A DNA stretch of 64,000 nt from positions 49,662,001 to 49,726,000 of the forward strand of contig OX597815.1 in NCBI GenBank assembly GCA_951406725.2, given 5' to 3'. Below, piece after piece: positions 41,111-56,147 of the stretch. Position 1 is the stretch's first letter; every line of letters starts with the position of its first letter. The notes below the pieces were generated by a model. It worked only from the letters and a program-made list of their open reading frames with translations, was not told the origin of the DNA and did no database searches. The translations under genes were made by a program, and so were the position numbers. This DNA is from Octopus vulgaris (taxonomy: Eukaryota).

Positions 41111-41330
41111 CAGCAGTGAGCTGGCAGAATCGTTAGCACGCCAGGTGAAATGCTTAGCAGTATTTCGTCTGCTGCTACATTCTGAGTTCAAATTCCACCA
41201 AGGTCGATTTTGCTTTTCATCCTTTCGGAATCAATAAATTAAGTATCAGTGAAACACTGGTGTTGATATAATCAATTATTCCCCTCGCCCAGATTTCAGG
41301 CCTTGTGCCTATAGTAGAAAGGATTGTTAT
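41111..41330 (+). mobile_element. SINE family B
   Basis: gagctggcagaatcgttagcacgcc head, gagttcaaattcc B box and Nin-like core. Confidence 0.85.
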
Positions 41331-42168
41331 TATACACACACACAAAGGACCTTCCATGCATTTTCCATCTCCTAAATTCCACTTACAGGCTACTGGTCAG
41401 CCAGCAGTTTTGGCAGAAGAGACACAAAGTACAATACAGTTGGATCACATCTGGAACCAATTGTTTTGGAAGCGATGTTTTTTTATGTCATGGCCATGTC
41501 TGTTACCCATTTAATAGAGATTCTCAACAAAGCCCTACATAGAATTATTGCTAATGTTAGGAAGAATATCCAACTATTAAAATATGTATATTCAGTTATA
41601 AGTACCTGAGAGATTCACATGATGTATTAATATGGTTAATTCATGTAAGCATTAGAGAAAGTAAAACAAGATGCCTCAGCGAAATATTAATAAAATGATA
41701 AGTTGCGTGTATATAGGTTATAGAAACAGAATTGCCACAACAAAAGATTGCCGATATTTCAAACAAAATTGTGAGTAAATAAGTTTCTTTTGTGTTGCTG
41801 TTGTTGTTGTTGTTTTTTGTAGTTATTGGGTAGGGCAGTCATGGGAGTGGTGGTGATGGTGGTGGTGGTGGTAATGGTGGTGGTTGAGGTGATGGTATGG
41901 AATTTGATTTTACGTAAAGGCTAATGAATTTTGATGAGGATAATGTTTGTGGTGGTGGTGGTGGTATTGGTGATGGTGTCAATGAAGCTGCCATAGCTGC
42001 TTTTTACAATCCTGCTGCTGTTATTGCTGCTGATGGTGGAGATGATGGTGATGATGATAATGTTGGTGATGGTAGCAGTGGTGGTAATGATGATGATGAG
42101 AATAATGATGATAATGATTAAAATGGCGATAATATTGATGACAGTGGCGACATTCACAATAACAACAA

Positions 42169-42200
<32 letters not shown>

Positions 42201-43170
42201 ATGATGATAATAATGACAGTGACGAAATGACAACGACTATGACAACAACCACGGTGATGATAATGAAGGTTATAATAAATATGATGATGATGATGATGAT
42301 GATGAAAAAGAGCGAAAGTGGGGAAAAAAAAATGAAAGTATATGAGAGAAAGAATGGGTTAATATTTCCTACAAACAGCTGCTGTCATGTCTTACAATGT
42401 ACCATTTGTCTTCAATCTAGAATCAACATGCAGTCTAGAGAAAGAACAAGGAGTAACTAGAAAATTCTCTGGCACAACTAATCTGAAGAATTGACATGAG
42501 GAAGCTGGATTGACCTTTAATTAGGCAATCTACATGAAAAATATAGGTGTGTATGTATACTGATATGCATGTATGCATGTATATGTTCTATGTACAAAGA
42601 TTTCTATTTGTGTATGATGTGTATAGACACATACCTATATATGTATTGTGTGTGTGTGAATATAAGAATATATATACATATATATGTGTGTATGTGTATA
42701 TTGATGCATCTAAGTGAGTATCGTTATCATATGAAGCTGGGTGTGGTCGGCTTGATAGGTTTGGCATAGAAAATGTCTCTTCCATTATGCAATATAGATG
42801 CATACATTGTGATTGTGATGACATGTTTAACGCAGAAACAAACATGCACATGATAGGGCAGAAAGGAACAGCTAAAATGTCAGGAGAGAGAGAGAAAGAG
42901 AAAGCGAATGAGAGAGAGAGAGAGAGAAACAGGAAAAGGCAAGGGTAAGTTGTTAGACAAACTCACAGAGAGACTGACAGATATAGAAATTGATAGGATA
43001 GATAGTTTGAGAGGCAGGTGAAAAGACACACAAATGCACATATGATCAAGCACTCATCCTTCCTACAATCTACATATATCTATACATATTGCACATACAT
43101 GCACACACACTCACATACATACAAATATATACATGTATACATGTATATATATTATATATATATATACAGT

Positions 43171-43212
<42 letters not shown>

Positions 43213-43223
43213 CATTCAAATAT

Positions 43224-43262
<39 letters not shown>

Positions 43263-45727
43263 ATACACACAAATACATATAGATATATAAATATATATAT
43301 ATGCATATATGTATGTGCATGTGTTTGAATGTATGTATGTATATATATATATATACACACATTTACATGTTATATAGGGATAGTGAGAACAATAAGAGAT
43401 GGAAATACTCAGAATATATATGTGTATATAAAAATATACGTGTGTGTGTATGTGTGTGTGTGTGCTTGAGAGAAAGAGAGAAAAAGTGAGTGAAATAATC
43501 TTATGAGCTCAGACAGATACGGGAAAGACTGGGGTGGGATGCATGTGTGTGCATATGTGTATGTATAAGAGAAGATATGCTTAAATGTATTGAGAAAGAA
43601 GAAAAAGAACAGTGAAGGAGTGGTGATTGTGGTGATGGTAATGGTGGTTGAGCATGCATAAAATGTGTGAGTCAGAGAAAATAGGATGGGGAAACAAATG
43701 AAGAAGCAAATATATTGTGTCAAATACTGAATCATTATTAGCACTGTCACATCACTAAAGATTGTCTTTGAATTTGCTTGGTCACATTCCTGGAAATCAA
43801 ATATATTTATTCCCCTTTAGGTTGTCTTTTAACTGCTGTTAGGCTTTCTTGGGTAAAAACAAAAACACTGAGAAGTTGTGTAGGTTGAAAAATGTACATT
43901 ATTTGTGGTATATATATATTTATATATAAACAGGATGATCTCAGGACACTGAACCTTTTGGAGGAGATGATAAAGGACCAAAATATATGGCACCACTTGT
44001 ACTGGAAGACCTGTACTCCACAAAAGAAGTGTTAAGGCTGCTTCCCCCGATGAAAAAAAATGGCCTGCAACAACTCTGTACCAGTGCAGCTTAAAAAGCA
44101 CTGATGTTGGTGCCACATAAAAGCACTCATGCCAGTGGCATGTTAAAAGCATCCAGCACACTCTGTGAAGTGGTTGGCATTAGAAAGGGTATCCAGTTGT
44201 AGAAACCAAGCTAAATCAGACTGGAACCTGGTGCAGCTCTCCAGCTGGCCAGCTCGGGTCCAACTGTCCAACCCATGCCAGCATGAAAATCGGACAATGA
44301 TGATGATGATGAAGAAGAAACAAAAATAAACTTAGAGAAATAGCTCAGAGTGGCTATTGGCATGTATTTGAGCAACAAAAGACAAATACAGGTGTATCAA
44401 ATGTATGGCTCTCCATCAGTTGGATCCTGGGGGAAACTGTCCAGTCTACAGTCTATATGATTCAACTTACTAGAAACAGTGGCCAAATTTCCCTCATATA
44501 ATACCTTGTCATTTGAAAGATCTAATGTATGCATAAGAGAATATAGTCACAGGTAGTGCTGAAAGACAGAACAGTCATGGCTGGATGTTTTTGATCATAG
44601 GACTGACTTTATCAGAGTTTACCTGAGGTTAAAGAACAATTATGACAAAACAAACCAATAGAAAACCCCATCTATCTATATGGTTGCTCAACCTTCCAGA
44701 GATGGCATTATAACTCCTTTAAATCACATCCTACTACCTTTTTTCTTTTCTTTTTCTTTATTTTTCTGTAGTTTCAGCTCAGAGCTGTGGCCATGCTGAT
44801 GTACCTTTGATAATATTTTTAAAAAATGAAGGAAATATCGATTGCATTAGGCCTAGGTACATAATATTTGAATAAAAGAAGGTGATATGATCATGCCTGG
44901 AATTTCTTTGATCATAGATTTGCTATGTAAGGTCTGAGTTAATGCTAAACAACAGCAACAATTACTACAGTTACAATACCAGTGCTAATAATACAAGCAC
45001 CAACACATCCACACTACTGCTGCTGCTACCCCTATCACTGCCATCCTCCTCCACCACCACCACCACAAATGGCAACAACAACATTACAATAGTCACTATC
45101 ATTTATTTGATCATATGAAATCAAATACAACCCCAGGAGGAGAAATAGCAACAAATACCACAAAAAAAAAACTAGCAAGAACACCTGCAGTTTTTGTTGC
45201 TTTGTGGCTTTGTCAGAGGAAAGGGTAGCAGCTTTGACTTTTTTCTGGGTGTTTGTAACTGGAGGATGGTGGGAAGGAAATGATTCTCAAAATCACTGAT
45301 ATGATCCAAATACTTGCAACAGTGTGGGTTTTAACAGAGCTTTTCCTGGTGTTAAATCAAGTGACAAAGAGAGTCTAACACCCAAGCACAGAAACAGTGG
45401 AACAGTATCCCCAAAGAGCTTCCATATATTTTCTGTCTGCTAAACTGAAAACACAGCCAAATCTCACTATACAAATCACACTATATTGTCATATGCAAAA
45501 AAAAAAAATATATATGGTGGAGCCTGTAGTCCCCTGATTCACAAAGAAAGGAAAGAGAATGTCATAGGTCTGTTTGATTAACAATAAAATTACAATATAC
45601 AAAAACACTGTTGAATTAAAGTAAAAACATTAAATATTAAAACAGAAATATAGTGACAAAATTTGAAACAGTTATAAGGTATTTTAACACAATATCAATA
45701 TAAACTGAAGTTGTCATCATCATCTAT

Positions 45728-45934
45728 CAGGTGATTCCCAACCTGGGGTCTGTAGACCCCTGGTGGTCCACAAAAGTAGTACTGGGGGTCTGTGAACTAA
45801 ATTCAAAATTTCATATATACATACATACATACACACGTGCAAACACACACACACACACACATACACACAAGGATAAGCATGTTAAAAGGGGTTCATGGGA
45901 AAACTCATTTAAATAAAAGGGTTGGGAACCACTG
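45728..45934. mobile_element. hAT-like MITE
   Basis: Inverted termini caggtgattcccaacc and ggttgggaaccactg. Confidence 0.6.
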
Positions 45935-47562
45935 TCAAAAGGTAGGAACCCACTGATCCAGCAAAAAGTCAGTCCTGTTAGTAGAATAGATCTATGACCA
46001 AAGACATTACATTTGTGACCATTCCAACATAATATGTCTAAGACTACATTACCCAATATGCCAATTCTTTTGTAACATGATAAGATGTAATTTGAGGAAG
46101 ATTAGACTGCTATTTCTAACAGATAGAGTAACCATATACAGTCTCCATCATTGGTTTACTGATTTCTTATATAAAAACAATATGCTCATGGGCTCAAGAA
46201 TTTGCTTCACCATCTCAGAAGTTTTTCAAGGTACCAACCATATGCAACATCATTGAATAGACTGTGCTAGCTCTAGATGGTAAACCTAATCCATTACCCT
46301 GTTTAACACCAACAAACTGTTTCTTAGGTACCTCTGACACTGGTCTGAGATCTCAATATTTCAATGCATATTTTTATACTGAAATAATCCATGAAACAGG
46401 ATTTTCTTCATATTTCTCTTTACCAGTCTTGGAGGTGCTAAATAAAGTCATAAAGGTGGGGATGGGTATCTACCCTGCTTCCTCTGACTAAGATAAAAAC
46501 AGAAATGACCAAGAATTTATAAAGGTAGAATGGTGAGGTTGTATGATATTTATGCTTTTCTTAAGGCACTATTAGCTGCAAGCTGGCAAAATCATTACTA
46601 CACTAGACAAAATGCTTATAAGCATTTCTTATGCCTTTGTGTTCTGAGTTCAAATTCTGCCAAGGTTGACTTTGCCTTTCATCCTTTCAGGGCCAATAAA
46701 GTTAAGTACCAGAGTCGATGTAATTGACTTATTTTCTCTCCATATCTGCTGGCTTTGTGCCAAAATTTGAAATAAATATTTGTTGCATTGTAGAGAAAGG
46801 CACACCTAATGTGCTGATGATGGCTACTGAGATAGAAACATGTCCTCCCATCTCTAGATAATAACGGCAGTTTTAGAGAATTGTTTGATTCCTGTGATTA
46901 TATCCTCTATGGCAGAGGAATCAGTCTTAATTGCTATTTAGTAATTATCATACATTCTCTAGAGAAAGAGATAATTTTAATAAATCAGCATTTTATGTTG
47001 TATAGGTTTGTGCATTGTAGAGTAGAGGGTTGGCAGAATCATTTGAGCATTGCACAAGAAGTCCTGCAATATTTGTTCCTGCTCTTTATGTTATGAGTTC
47101 AAATTAGATTGAAGTCAACTTTGCTTTACATTGTTTGAATGTTGGTTTAATCATCTAACTGTCCCTCTAATTACCTATCCTTGTGCTTATCTGTGAAGTT
47201 ATTATTTGCAGCATTACTAAGGCTGAGCTTCAGACATAATGTATTGTAATATTTGTTCTGCCTCTTTACTTTTAAAGTTCAAATCCTTCCAAAGTTGTCA
47301 ATATAATTGATTATAGCATATTTTCTCCAAATTTCTGGTGTTATCCCTATGTAAGAAATCATTATCAGTGGCATTAATGAAACTGAATAGCTTTAACTAG
47401 GAATCATAATTGCATCATATCTGCAATTTGCCATTGTTCAGAAGCTTATGTCTAGTACTTGACTTTGAGCAGAAGTAAACATGATAAAGCTATTTTGTTA
47501 AACACATATCTATCTAAACTGTAACTGTGTGTGTATGTGTGCATGTGTGAGAGAGAGATAGA

Positions 47563-47602
<40 letters not shown>

Positions 47603-48569
47603 AACAGACAGACAGATAGAAAGTAAAACAGAGAAAGTGGAATAGAGGTAAAGAGTAGGAATGAGAAAGGAAGAAAGAGAATGCATGTGTGAGAGGAAGG
47701 AGATGTGAAGGTGAACATGTGTATGAGAGAGGATGTGAGACAAAATGAAATAGAATTAAAGAGGTGGGGGGAGGATAAAGCAAGAAAAGACAAAGAGACA
47801 GAGAAAAGAGAGAAAGAGAGACAGACTGCCAGATAGGCTGAGATAAAGATAAATAGCAGGGTGTAATACAGTGAGAATGATGACACAAGATGGTTTTGAT
47901 ATTCTTCAAACATTTCCATTTCCTGTAAATTTAGAAATGTTGAAAGAGATCATTACGCAACCCCTCATCCCACTTATGCTTTCCTTATGAGTGTGTGTGT
48001 GTATAGAGAGAGAGAGAGAGAGAAAGAGAGAGGGACAGGGAGGGAGGGAAAGAGAGAGGGGAGAGGGGGCAGGAGAGAGGGAGAGATATGCATGCATGTG
48101 TATCTCTCTCTCTATGTGTGTTTGTATATGTGTGTGTATAACTATATTCATGCACACACACTCACACACACACGCACACCTATATGTGTATGAGTGTGAG
48201 TAAACAAATATATCCATAATGTATCTGTCTGCATATATTCAAATATAATTGTAGATGTATGCATATACATATATATATATATACACAGAGAGAAAGAGAG
48301 AGATAGAGGGAGAGAGAGAGAGAGAGATGTAGTGAGTGTGGTGTTATGTATAATAATAAAAGATTGATAATGGGTGCTTTGCCTAGGTGATAGATGACTG
48401 CCAGAGTAATGGTACAGTAAAAATGATGTAATTAGCACCTACCATAGAGGAATGATGATGTAATTAGCAGAGGAAATGGACCAAGTGCACGACCACAGGT
48501 AAGAGAAGCGATGAGTGAAGGCACACCCAAACTAAGTAAATAATTATATGTATATATGTTATATATATG

Positions 48570-48602
<33 letters not shown>

Positions 48603-48814
48603 AGCAGACACTAACAATATGAATGCTTCAGTTTACTGTTACTACTGCTACTGATGATGATGATGATGATGGCAATAATGATAATGATATTGCCATCTAG
48701 TCAACTGTCCTGATTTCAATATGCTAACATTAACAATATGCTAACAATATGCTAAAATTAACATTGATTTCACTATGTATCTGTATTTTATCAGTGTTGT
48801 TTTTACTAAATTGG

Positions 48815-49220
48815 TTTCAAATTTTGGCACAAGGCTAGTGATTTTGGTGAAGGTGTAAGTCAATCACATCAACCTCAGTACTCAACTGGTACTTCTTTTA
48901 TTAATCTTGAAAGGATGAAAAGCAAAGTTGACCCTGGCAGAATCTGAACTCAAATTGCTAAGCATTCTACCAGTTTGCTGCTTTCATTGTTTTTACTATA
49001 TTAATATATAATGTTGGTTTCATATTTTGGCACAAGGCCAGCACTTTCAGGTGAGGGAGTAATATATCCAGTGCTTGACTAGTACTTGTTTTATCGATCT
49101 CAGAAGGATGAAAGGCAAAGTTGACCTCAGCAGAATTTGAACTCAGAACATTACAGATGGACAAAATTCTGCTTAGGACTTTGCCCAGCATGCTAACATT
49201 TCTGCCAGCTCACCACCCTA
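48815..49220 (-). mobile_element. Two tandem family B SINEs
   Basis: Two successive reverse copies with a gaaaggatgaaa.gcaaagttgacc-type core. Confidence 0.8.
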
Positions 49221-49289
49221 TATTGATATATAATATCAATATTAATTTCACTTTATTATTATATTATATCAACATTGTAATGGAGTGCC

Positions 49290-49995
49290 TAGATAAGCAG
49301 CAAAATTGGCATGGCCCATAAGGTATGTTTCTGGAACCTCAAGACTTTCCCCTCTAGAGTCACTCATACCATTATGGTTCTCTTCTCCTACCTTCACCCA
49401 TCCTCACCTTGAATGTTGTTGTCTGCTGTGGCCTCTCTATATGAAACAAAATATTAGAAAAATCGAAGTACCCCAGGTACTTTGACAAGTCTTGATTATT
49501 GGGTTTGGCTCGAAAAGCTCAAACTTTATTTTCTGAGTGCTATATCATTTGTGCTATATCATGAGTGCTATATCATTTGTCTGATGTGGAAAATATTCCA
49601 ACAGTACTGTCCAAATGATTTTGTCATCGACTTTAATATTCACCCAAGGCTTGGTCTACATATCATCTGTCATCTACAAAAATAATGCTCGCATTACATC
49701 ACAACACTAAGACAGAACTATTTCACCTCAACTGGCCCTTCTCTCTTTATCATCATGCTAAAACACATAAAAGAAGAAAAAGACCTCATGACAGTCAAAT
49801 AGTTCCTGGATGAATATCCAACGAATTTCAGATAAGCCACCTTCACATGGATATATCTCTGCAAACAATAACTCTTTACTCAAATGGTCTATGGAATGGA
49901 ATGTTATATGAAACTTTATTAAATGGTTTTGCCAGGTGGTGCCATTAAGTTAGCCATGGCCAGGGCCAATTCTGACAAAGACTTATCTAAGTATG
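49290..49995 (+). pseudogene. CR1/L2-like LINE 3' end relic
   Basis: Translated pieces PHLECCCLLWPL...IRKIE, LDYWVWLEKLKLY, YIICLMWKI..YCPND..HPRLG, GPSLF and SANNNSLL match the post-RT region of CR1-clade LINEs. Confidence 0.7.
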
Positions 49996-51114
49996 TAGTA
50001 TATAATATTAGTGTTAATATCACTATATTATTATGTTATGTAAACATTGTTTTCATTATATTACATAAGTAACGATTTCCCAATATATCAATATCAACAT
50101 GATTTCATGAGTATTATTATATGTATATTTCATCAACGTTGATTTTACTATATTATTCATATAGGATTTACACTTCAATTTCAGTATGTTACTATATTAT
50201 ATCAACATTGATTTCAATATATTACTATAGTATATCAACATTAATTTCACTATTTTAGTATATGTCATTATTGATTTCACTATATAGCTATATGATATCA
50301 ACTTTGAGTTCACTATTTTTATATATATATATTCTTTTATTCATTTTATCCTTGCAGCTGTGGTCATGCTGGAGTACCACTGTGGTTTTGCTGATTTTCT
50401 CAGGCTGGTGGGTTTCACATCACCACTCCTGTATGTGCCTTTGTCCTAGCTATTGGCCCATTTGGTGTATGAGAGAGTTTGATTCCACTGCCTGCTTCTG
50501 TACCTCATGTCGGGCCATTGGTTCATCTGGTATTGTGGAGTGGAATGTCTAGTTCCTTTTTGATGACATCTACGTCCACATTATGTAGATTGCCACTAAG
50601 CATTTTGCCTGGCTTGCTAACAATTCTGCCAGTGTGCTGCCATACAAATCACTGTATTATATCAATAATTATTTCAACTTATAGCAAAACAGAAAGTATT
50701 TAATCCCTATGATTTGCATAACAGTGTCAGTATTGGCTACTACAAGGACAAAAAGCTGTTTTGGAAAGAAGCAGCAACTGGCAGTAGAATAGGTAGTGCT
50801 GTCTTAAGACATGGATACACTAAGTAGTTGGCCAAAAGTAATGGGTTTAGGGGCCCAATTCTGACCTATATATGTTGTGGCTTGCTGTCAATAAATAAAT
50901 ACTATAGGGCCCTGTACTTTGATTTACCCAACAGCCTATAATGTTGCTAAGAAGAATCTGAGAATTAAGGAGAAGGTATGGTCCACTCCAGGTGATGCTT
51001 TTAAGTGAGTGGCACTTCTGGATCTGTTGTACAAGCCTGTACAGGCTTGGAGGTCCAGGGGCACCAAAAACTCAAGGGCTGCTTAGAGTGGAACATACAC
51101 TAGCTACATCACTG

Positions 51115-52450
51115 ACAACAGAGGCATCAAACTAATAGATCAAGTTATAAAAATAACAGAAAGAATTATAGCATAACAGATTAGGGAGAAAATTGGCTAA
51201 CATGCAATGTTGTTTGGGTTTCAACCAGACTACATGGAATATCACTGATTCCATCTGAACTGAATTACATTGATTCTATCAGTAATCATAGCAAGACAGG
51301 AGAAGCTTTTAGCAAAGTGCAAGCCACTACACCTATCATTTATGGACTTAGAGAAACCTTTGACAAAGAACAATACTCTATTATCTTGTGACTTTCAAGA
51401 AAACTAGGTAGTGAGAAATGACTTGTGAGAGACATGCAAGTCACACAGAAATGCTGTCAGTAGAGTGAGATTTCTCAATGAATTCAGTGAAGAATTTAAC
51501 ACTATTAGTGCTCAGTTCTTAGACCTGCTTTGTTTATTTTAGTCCATTGGACCATAACAAAGAAATTTCAGAGTGGCTGTCAGTGAGAAATTTTGTATGC
51601 CAGTAACTTAAAAATATCAAGAATAGAGCTCTTAAAGTAAATCCAACAATGAATAAATCTTTCATTGATATGTATAAGAAGACAAGATTATACTATCATA
51701 TGAGGAGTTTTCAAGCTTGATTAGCAGAAAAGAACAGATAAGGATGTCCTATCATGGACCAAATTATGGGCACAAAGATGATGCAGCAAAATCACAAGCA
51801 AATGATCCATGAAAAAAAAACTGTGCAGAAGTAATCATTAAAACACCCACAAAATACATTTTTTTCAAATGCTTTGTAGGCTCCCTGGGTGTAGTTGACA
51901 ATGTTTGTTATGTAGGTGACCAAATTAACATTAGACAAAGATATTCTTGAAGCTAAGAGAGTAATAAGAGGATGGAAAAAGTTGAAGGTGCTTTTAATTC
52001 TGCTGGTAAGAATAAAATTTTCCCATTGATTGAAAGGTAGTGTTTGTGATATTATGTGCAAAGTCCAGTATTGCATGATAGTGAAAGCTGGGTTTTTAAT
52101 GTGGAGAATGTGTGATACCAGGAAAAAAGTGGGATGAGTGTGCTCCACTGCATTATAATGGCATTGCATGAACATTGGAATCCAGATGAGCTGAAGGCAA
52201 AACCGTGCAAGAGTGAAGACTGAGGTAGATGGTAAGGACATGAGGTGACTATTGAGACTATCAGGTGGGTTAAAAAAATGTGCCAAAAGAGCTTGCAGAA
52301 GAGGAAGGTCTAGAAAGATATGGGTTGAAGTGGTAAAAGCATATCTCAACCGTTTAAAATTTATAAGGGAAATGACAAAGAACTACCCCCAGTGGTCTTG
52401 TTGAAAATCCAAGCAGGCATGGATAAATGGAAGTAAAATGATGATGATAA
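51115..52450 (+). pseudogene. RTE LINE reverse-transcriptase relic
   Basis: GIKLIDQVIKITERII...FGFQP...QEKLLAKCKPLHLSFMDLEK(A)FD and the C-terminal RGRSRKIWVEVVK, with a (gat)n tail. Many stops and deletions. Confidence 0.85.
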
Positions 52451-53224
52451 TTACATTAATATTTGTATCAACATTTAATTTATGTACCATCTATCATATA
52501 TGTATGTGCCTGTGAGTGTATGTATTACTGGGTGTGCATATACCTGCATATATATGTACACATATATTTGAATGTAAGTATGGGAGTGAATTTCGGTTTT
52601 TATGGCACTAAGCCGGTCGCCAAGTTACTTGGTGGCCAAGCCATCCAGCCCATATCAGCAAGGAAAATGGACATTAAATGATGACGACGATGATTATGAA
52701 GATGATATATAAAATTTTATATCAACTTATATAGACCTTGATATCAACATACATAATATCAACTTCACTATGTTTTAAATCAGGAACACTGTGCAACAAA
52801 ATAGACATAATGAACCATTAAGTTTACTGCTCTATAATCTGCATAAAAGTTTTTCATCCACAAGAATATATAAGACTATATCTATACTAAATAGTAGTGT
52901 ATCCTAACCTACACTGCCTTTTAGATACCTCTTGCAGGCTTTGTCTTCCTAGCATTATTCAAATAATTAAATGATACATTAGAGAAAACTTAAGTTCCAA
53001 ATTTAAAATATACATCAGTTGGATAGAGACTCATCCAGATTAAAGCAAGTTTAAAAGCAGACAATTACTATGAACTAATTAGAAAAGAAAAACGTGGTTA
53101 ATTGGTCTGTTAGAAATAGCAACCAAATTTTTCTTGAATGAAATGAGGGAGTGATCTAAGGGTTAAACACCCACACAGTAACAACAATATCAGCTAATTG
53201 TTGGTGCTTCTGTTGTTGTTGTTT

Positions 53225-53478
53225 GGCATTTCCTTGGTGTATAGGTTCCCCACCTGGACAGGACGCCAGTCCGTCACAGGTGAGTTGCAAGATGCAAGAG
53301 GAAAGAGTGAGAAAAAGTTGTGGTGAAAGAGTCAGCAGAGGTTCGCCATTACCCTCTGCTGGAGCCGCATGGAGCCTAGGTGTTTTGCTCATAAACACAC
53401 ACATCGCCCGGTCTGAAATTCGAACCCACAATCCCTCGACTGCAAGTCCGCTGCTCTAACCACTAGGCCATGTGCCAC
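53225..53478 (-). mobile_element. tRNA-derived SINE with a family D head and a V-domain-like body
   Basis: The head is similar to that of 27905-28283. The body contains gacggactggcgtcctgtccagg, which resembles the V-SINE core. Confidence 0.7.
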
Positions 53479-54797
53479 CACTTGGTGCTTCTGTGACCAG
53501 AAATGATTGAAGAATAGAAAGCATTGTTAGTAGGATACATTACATATCTTTCTATAGTACCAACTCGATCATTACTTGCACCAAGTTAAAGAAGACAAAC
53601 ATTTTTGGTGGGGACACAGTACAGAATAACTTATGACTAAACAGACACCTACTGACTGGATAGCAGGTGTGGTTTCTTAAATTTATAAGAAGTATATGTA
53701 CGATGTTCTGATTGGGCTAAAGCTCTGTCAAGTTTTAACACCTTGTTTGTTATAGTTAGACACATCATGCATGAAGCGATGTTTCCAATAGCTTTGTTGT
53801 GAGCTTCTAGTTTCTTCTTCAACTAAAGATGAGGCTGCACTTGGTTGAAGAAAGGGGAGAAAAAAATGAATTAAAAACAAATGGAAAAATCATGAAGATA
53901 TATACATAATTTTGATTCCTTGTGAAGTAGACCAGTATTGAAATTATGAGAGCTGCCAATATAATTTTATTAAACTATCAGGCTGAATTGAACTTTTTCC
54001 GCTAAGTTATTCAAATGAAGTTTCAAACACTATTGTTTTCATACTGATATTAATTTATATATGTATGATATATGTATGCATATGTGTGTGTGTGTTATGT
54101 ATATATGCATATGTGTGTGTGTGTTATGTATGTATATATTTATGTACGAATGTATATGTACCAGTACATATGTATATATGTATGTACCTAAGTGTAGGAG
54201 TATGTGTATGTATATATATGTATGTATGATATGTGTATGTGTGCATGCATATTTGCATGTGTATGTGTGTGTAATATATATATATATATATATATAATAA
54301 ACACATACGCACGTGTATATCTATGTATTCTCAAATTAAATTTCTGTTTGAAAAATAGGAATTTTTTTTGTTTTCTTTCTTTTTTCTTTCTCTTGTTGGA
54401 ATATTTAATATATCTTATTATATCTTTATGAGGGTTATAAGTGTAATTACAGGGAGCTTTGAGCCGACAACTTTTACAATGTTATTGCTTTTAAGTGGAT
54501 GCTAACTTTGTCGCTATCTTGGTTAAATAAAAACAAAATAAACATCTAGCTAGGTTACTGATATGGTAATGGAAGACAAAATTGGGATCAGTGATTCTGT
54601 AGTGTAAAGGTTTTGATTTCAAACTATGTTAGGGTCGTAAAAATATACACCATCACTTCAACTTGGTTTTATATTTGCTTTCACCATGATGGGTTAGGTT
54701 AACTCAATTTATTGAGGTAGTATTTTAAGACAAGATACTCTTCCTCTCAACAAACTTCACTTGTTTTCAACTAAATTACTTCCAAACTGACAGTCAT

Positions 54798-54942
54798 CAG
54801 GTGTGGCTGTGTGGTAATAACCTTGCTTTCCAACCACATGGTTCCAGATTCAGTCCCACTGCATGGCACATTGATCACATGTTTTGTACTATAACCTCAA
54901 GCTGACCAAAGCTCGGTAAGTGGATTTCGTAGATGAAGCCCA

Positions 54943-54990
<48 letters not shown>

Positions 54991-55530
54991 ATATATATGT
55001 ATATATGTACGTGTATGTGTCTGTCTTGCATGTCTTTGTGTCTGTGTTTTTTCCACCACCATCACTTAACAACTGGTGCTGGTGTGTTTACACTCCCATA
55101 ATTAAGCAGTTCAACAAAAGACACCGATAGAATAAATACCAGGCTTTAGCTTTAAGAAACCAAACCAAGTGCTGGTGGGGTGGGGGTGGGGAGTCAATAC
55201 ATTCGAATTCTTCAAGACAGAACCCAGCATGGCTAATGACTGAAACAAGTAAAAATGAAATGATAAAAGATCAATGTTATCATTATCATTGTCGTTGTTG
55301 TTGTTTTATTATTATCTTTATAAAGGAGGTGGGTGGGCAGAATTGTTACCATGCCAAACAAAATTCCAAGCAACATTTCATCCATCTTTATGTTCAAATT
55401 CTGCAGGGGTCAGCTCAGCTTTTCTTCCTGTCGGGGTTGGTGACATAAGTGCCAGTTGCGTATTGGAGTAGATGTGATCGACTTACCCACCACCTGAAAT
55501 TGCTGTCCTTGTGCCAAAATTTGAAAACAT
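54798..55530 (+). mobile_element. Family A SINE followed by a family B SINE
   Basis: Diverged A copy at 54798-55270 and B copy at ~55325-55530. Confidence 0.75.
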
Positions 55531-56114
55531 TACTTTACAATGGGGTGGGGCAAGTTTAAAAAGTTTAAAACTAATTAATTTTATTAAAAATTTCAATTTT
55601 TAACTCATTTTCAGTTGTTATAGTCCTCAAGATGTCTGGATCTATTCCACTTATTCCATAAGTGGTGCTTCTTAATCAAACCACCGAGGTGTCAAAGGTA
55701 CTGATTAACTGTTTGTGGGGAGCAAAACTCATACGTCATCACTAGTTGAACAATTCGGCTCCAGGATATATTTTCAAGCCTGGTACTTATTCTATTGGTC
55801 TCTTTGCCAGTAAGTTATAGGAATGTAAATGTACCAACACTCGTTGTCAAGTGACGATGGCAGGGACAAACACAGACACAAAGATGCACGAACACACAAA
55901 AACATGCAAATGATGGGCTTCCTTCACTGACTGTCTACCAAATCCAATTCCAAAGCTTTGGTCAGCCTGAGGCTATAGCCCAAGGTGCCATGCAGTGGCA
56001 CTGAAACCAGAACCATGTGATTGGGAAGCAAGCTTCTTACAGTCACATATATATATATATATATATAAATATATATATATATTGATATATAGATATACAC
56101 ATACATATATATGC

Positions 56115-56147
<33 letters not shown>

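Noticed and set aside
41830-42310. His/Gln- or Gly/Asp-rich ORFs
   Set aside because: These are decayed trinucleotide repeats (GGT/GAT/GCT) with stops and no convincing splice pair.
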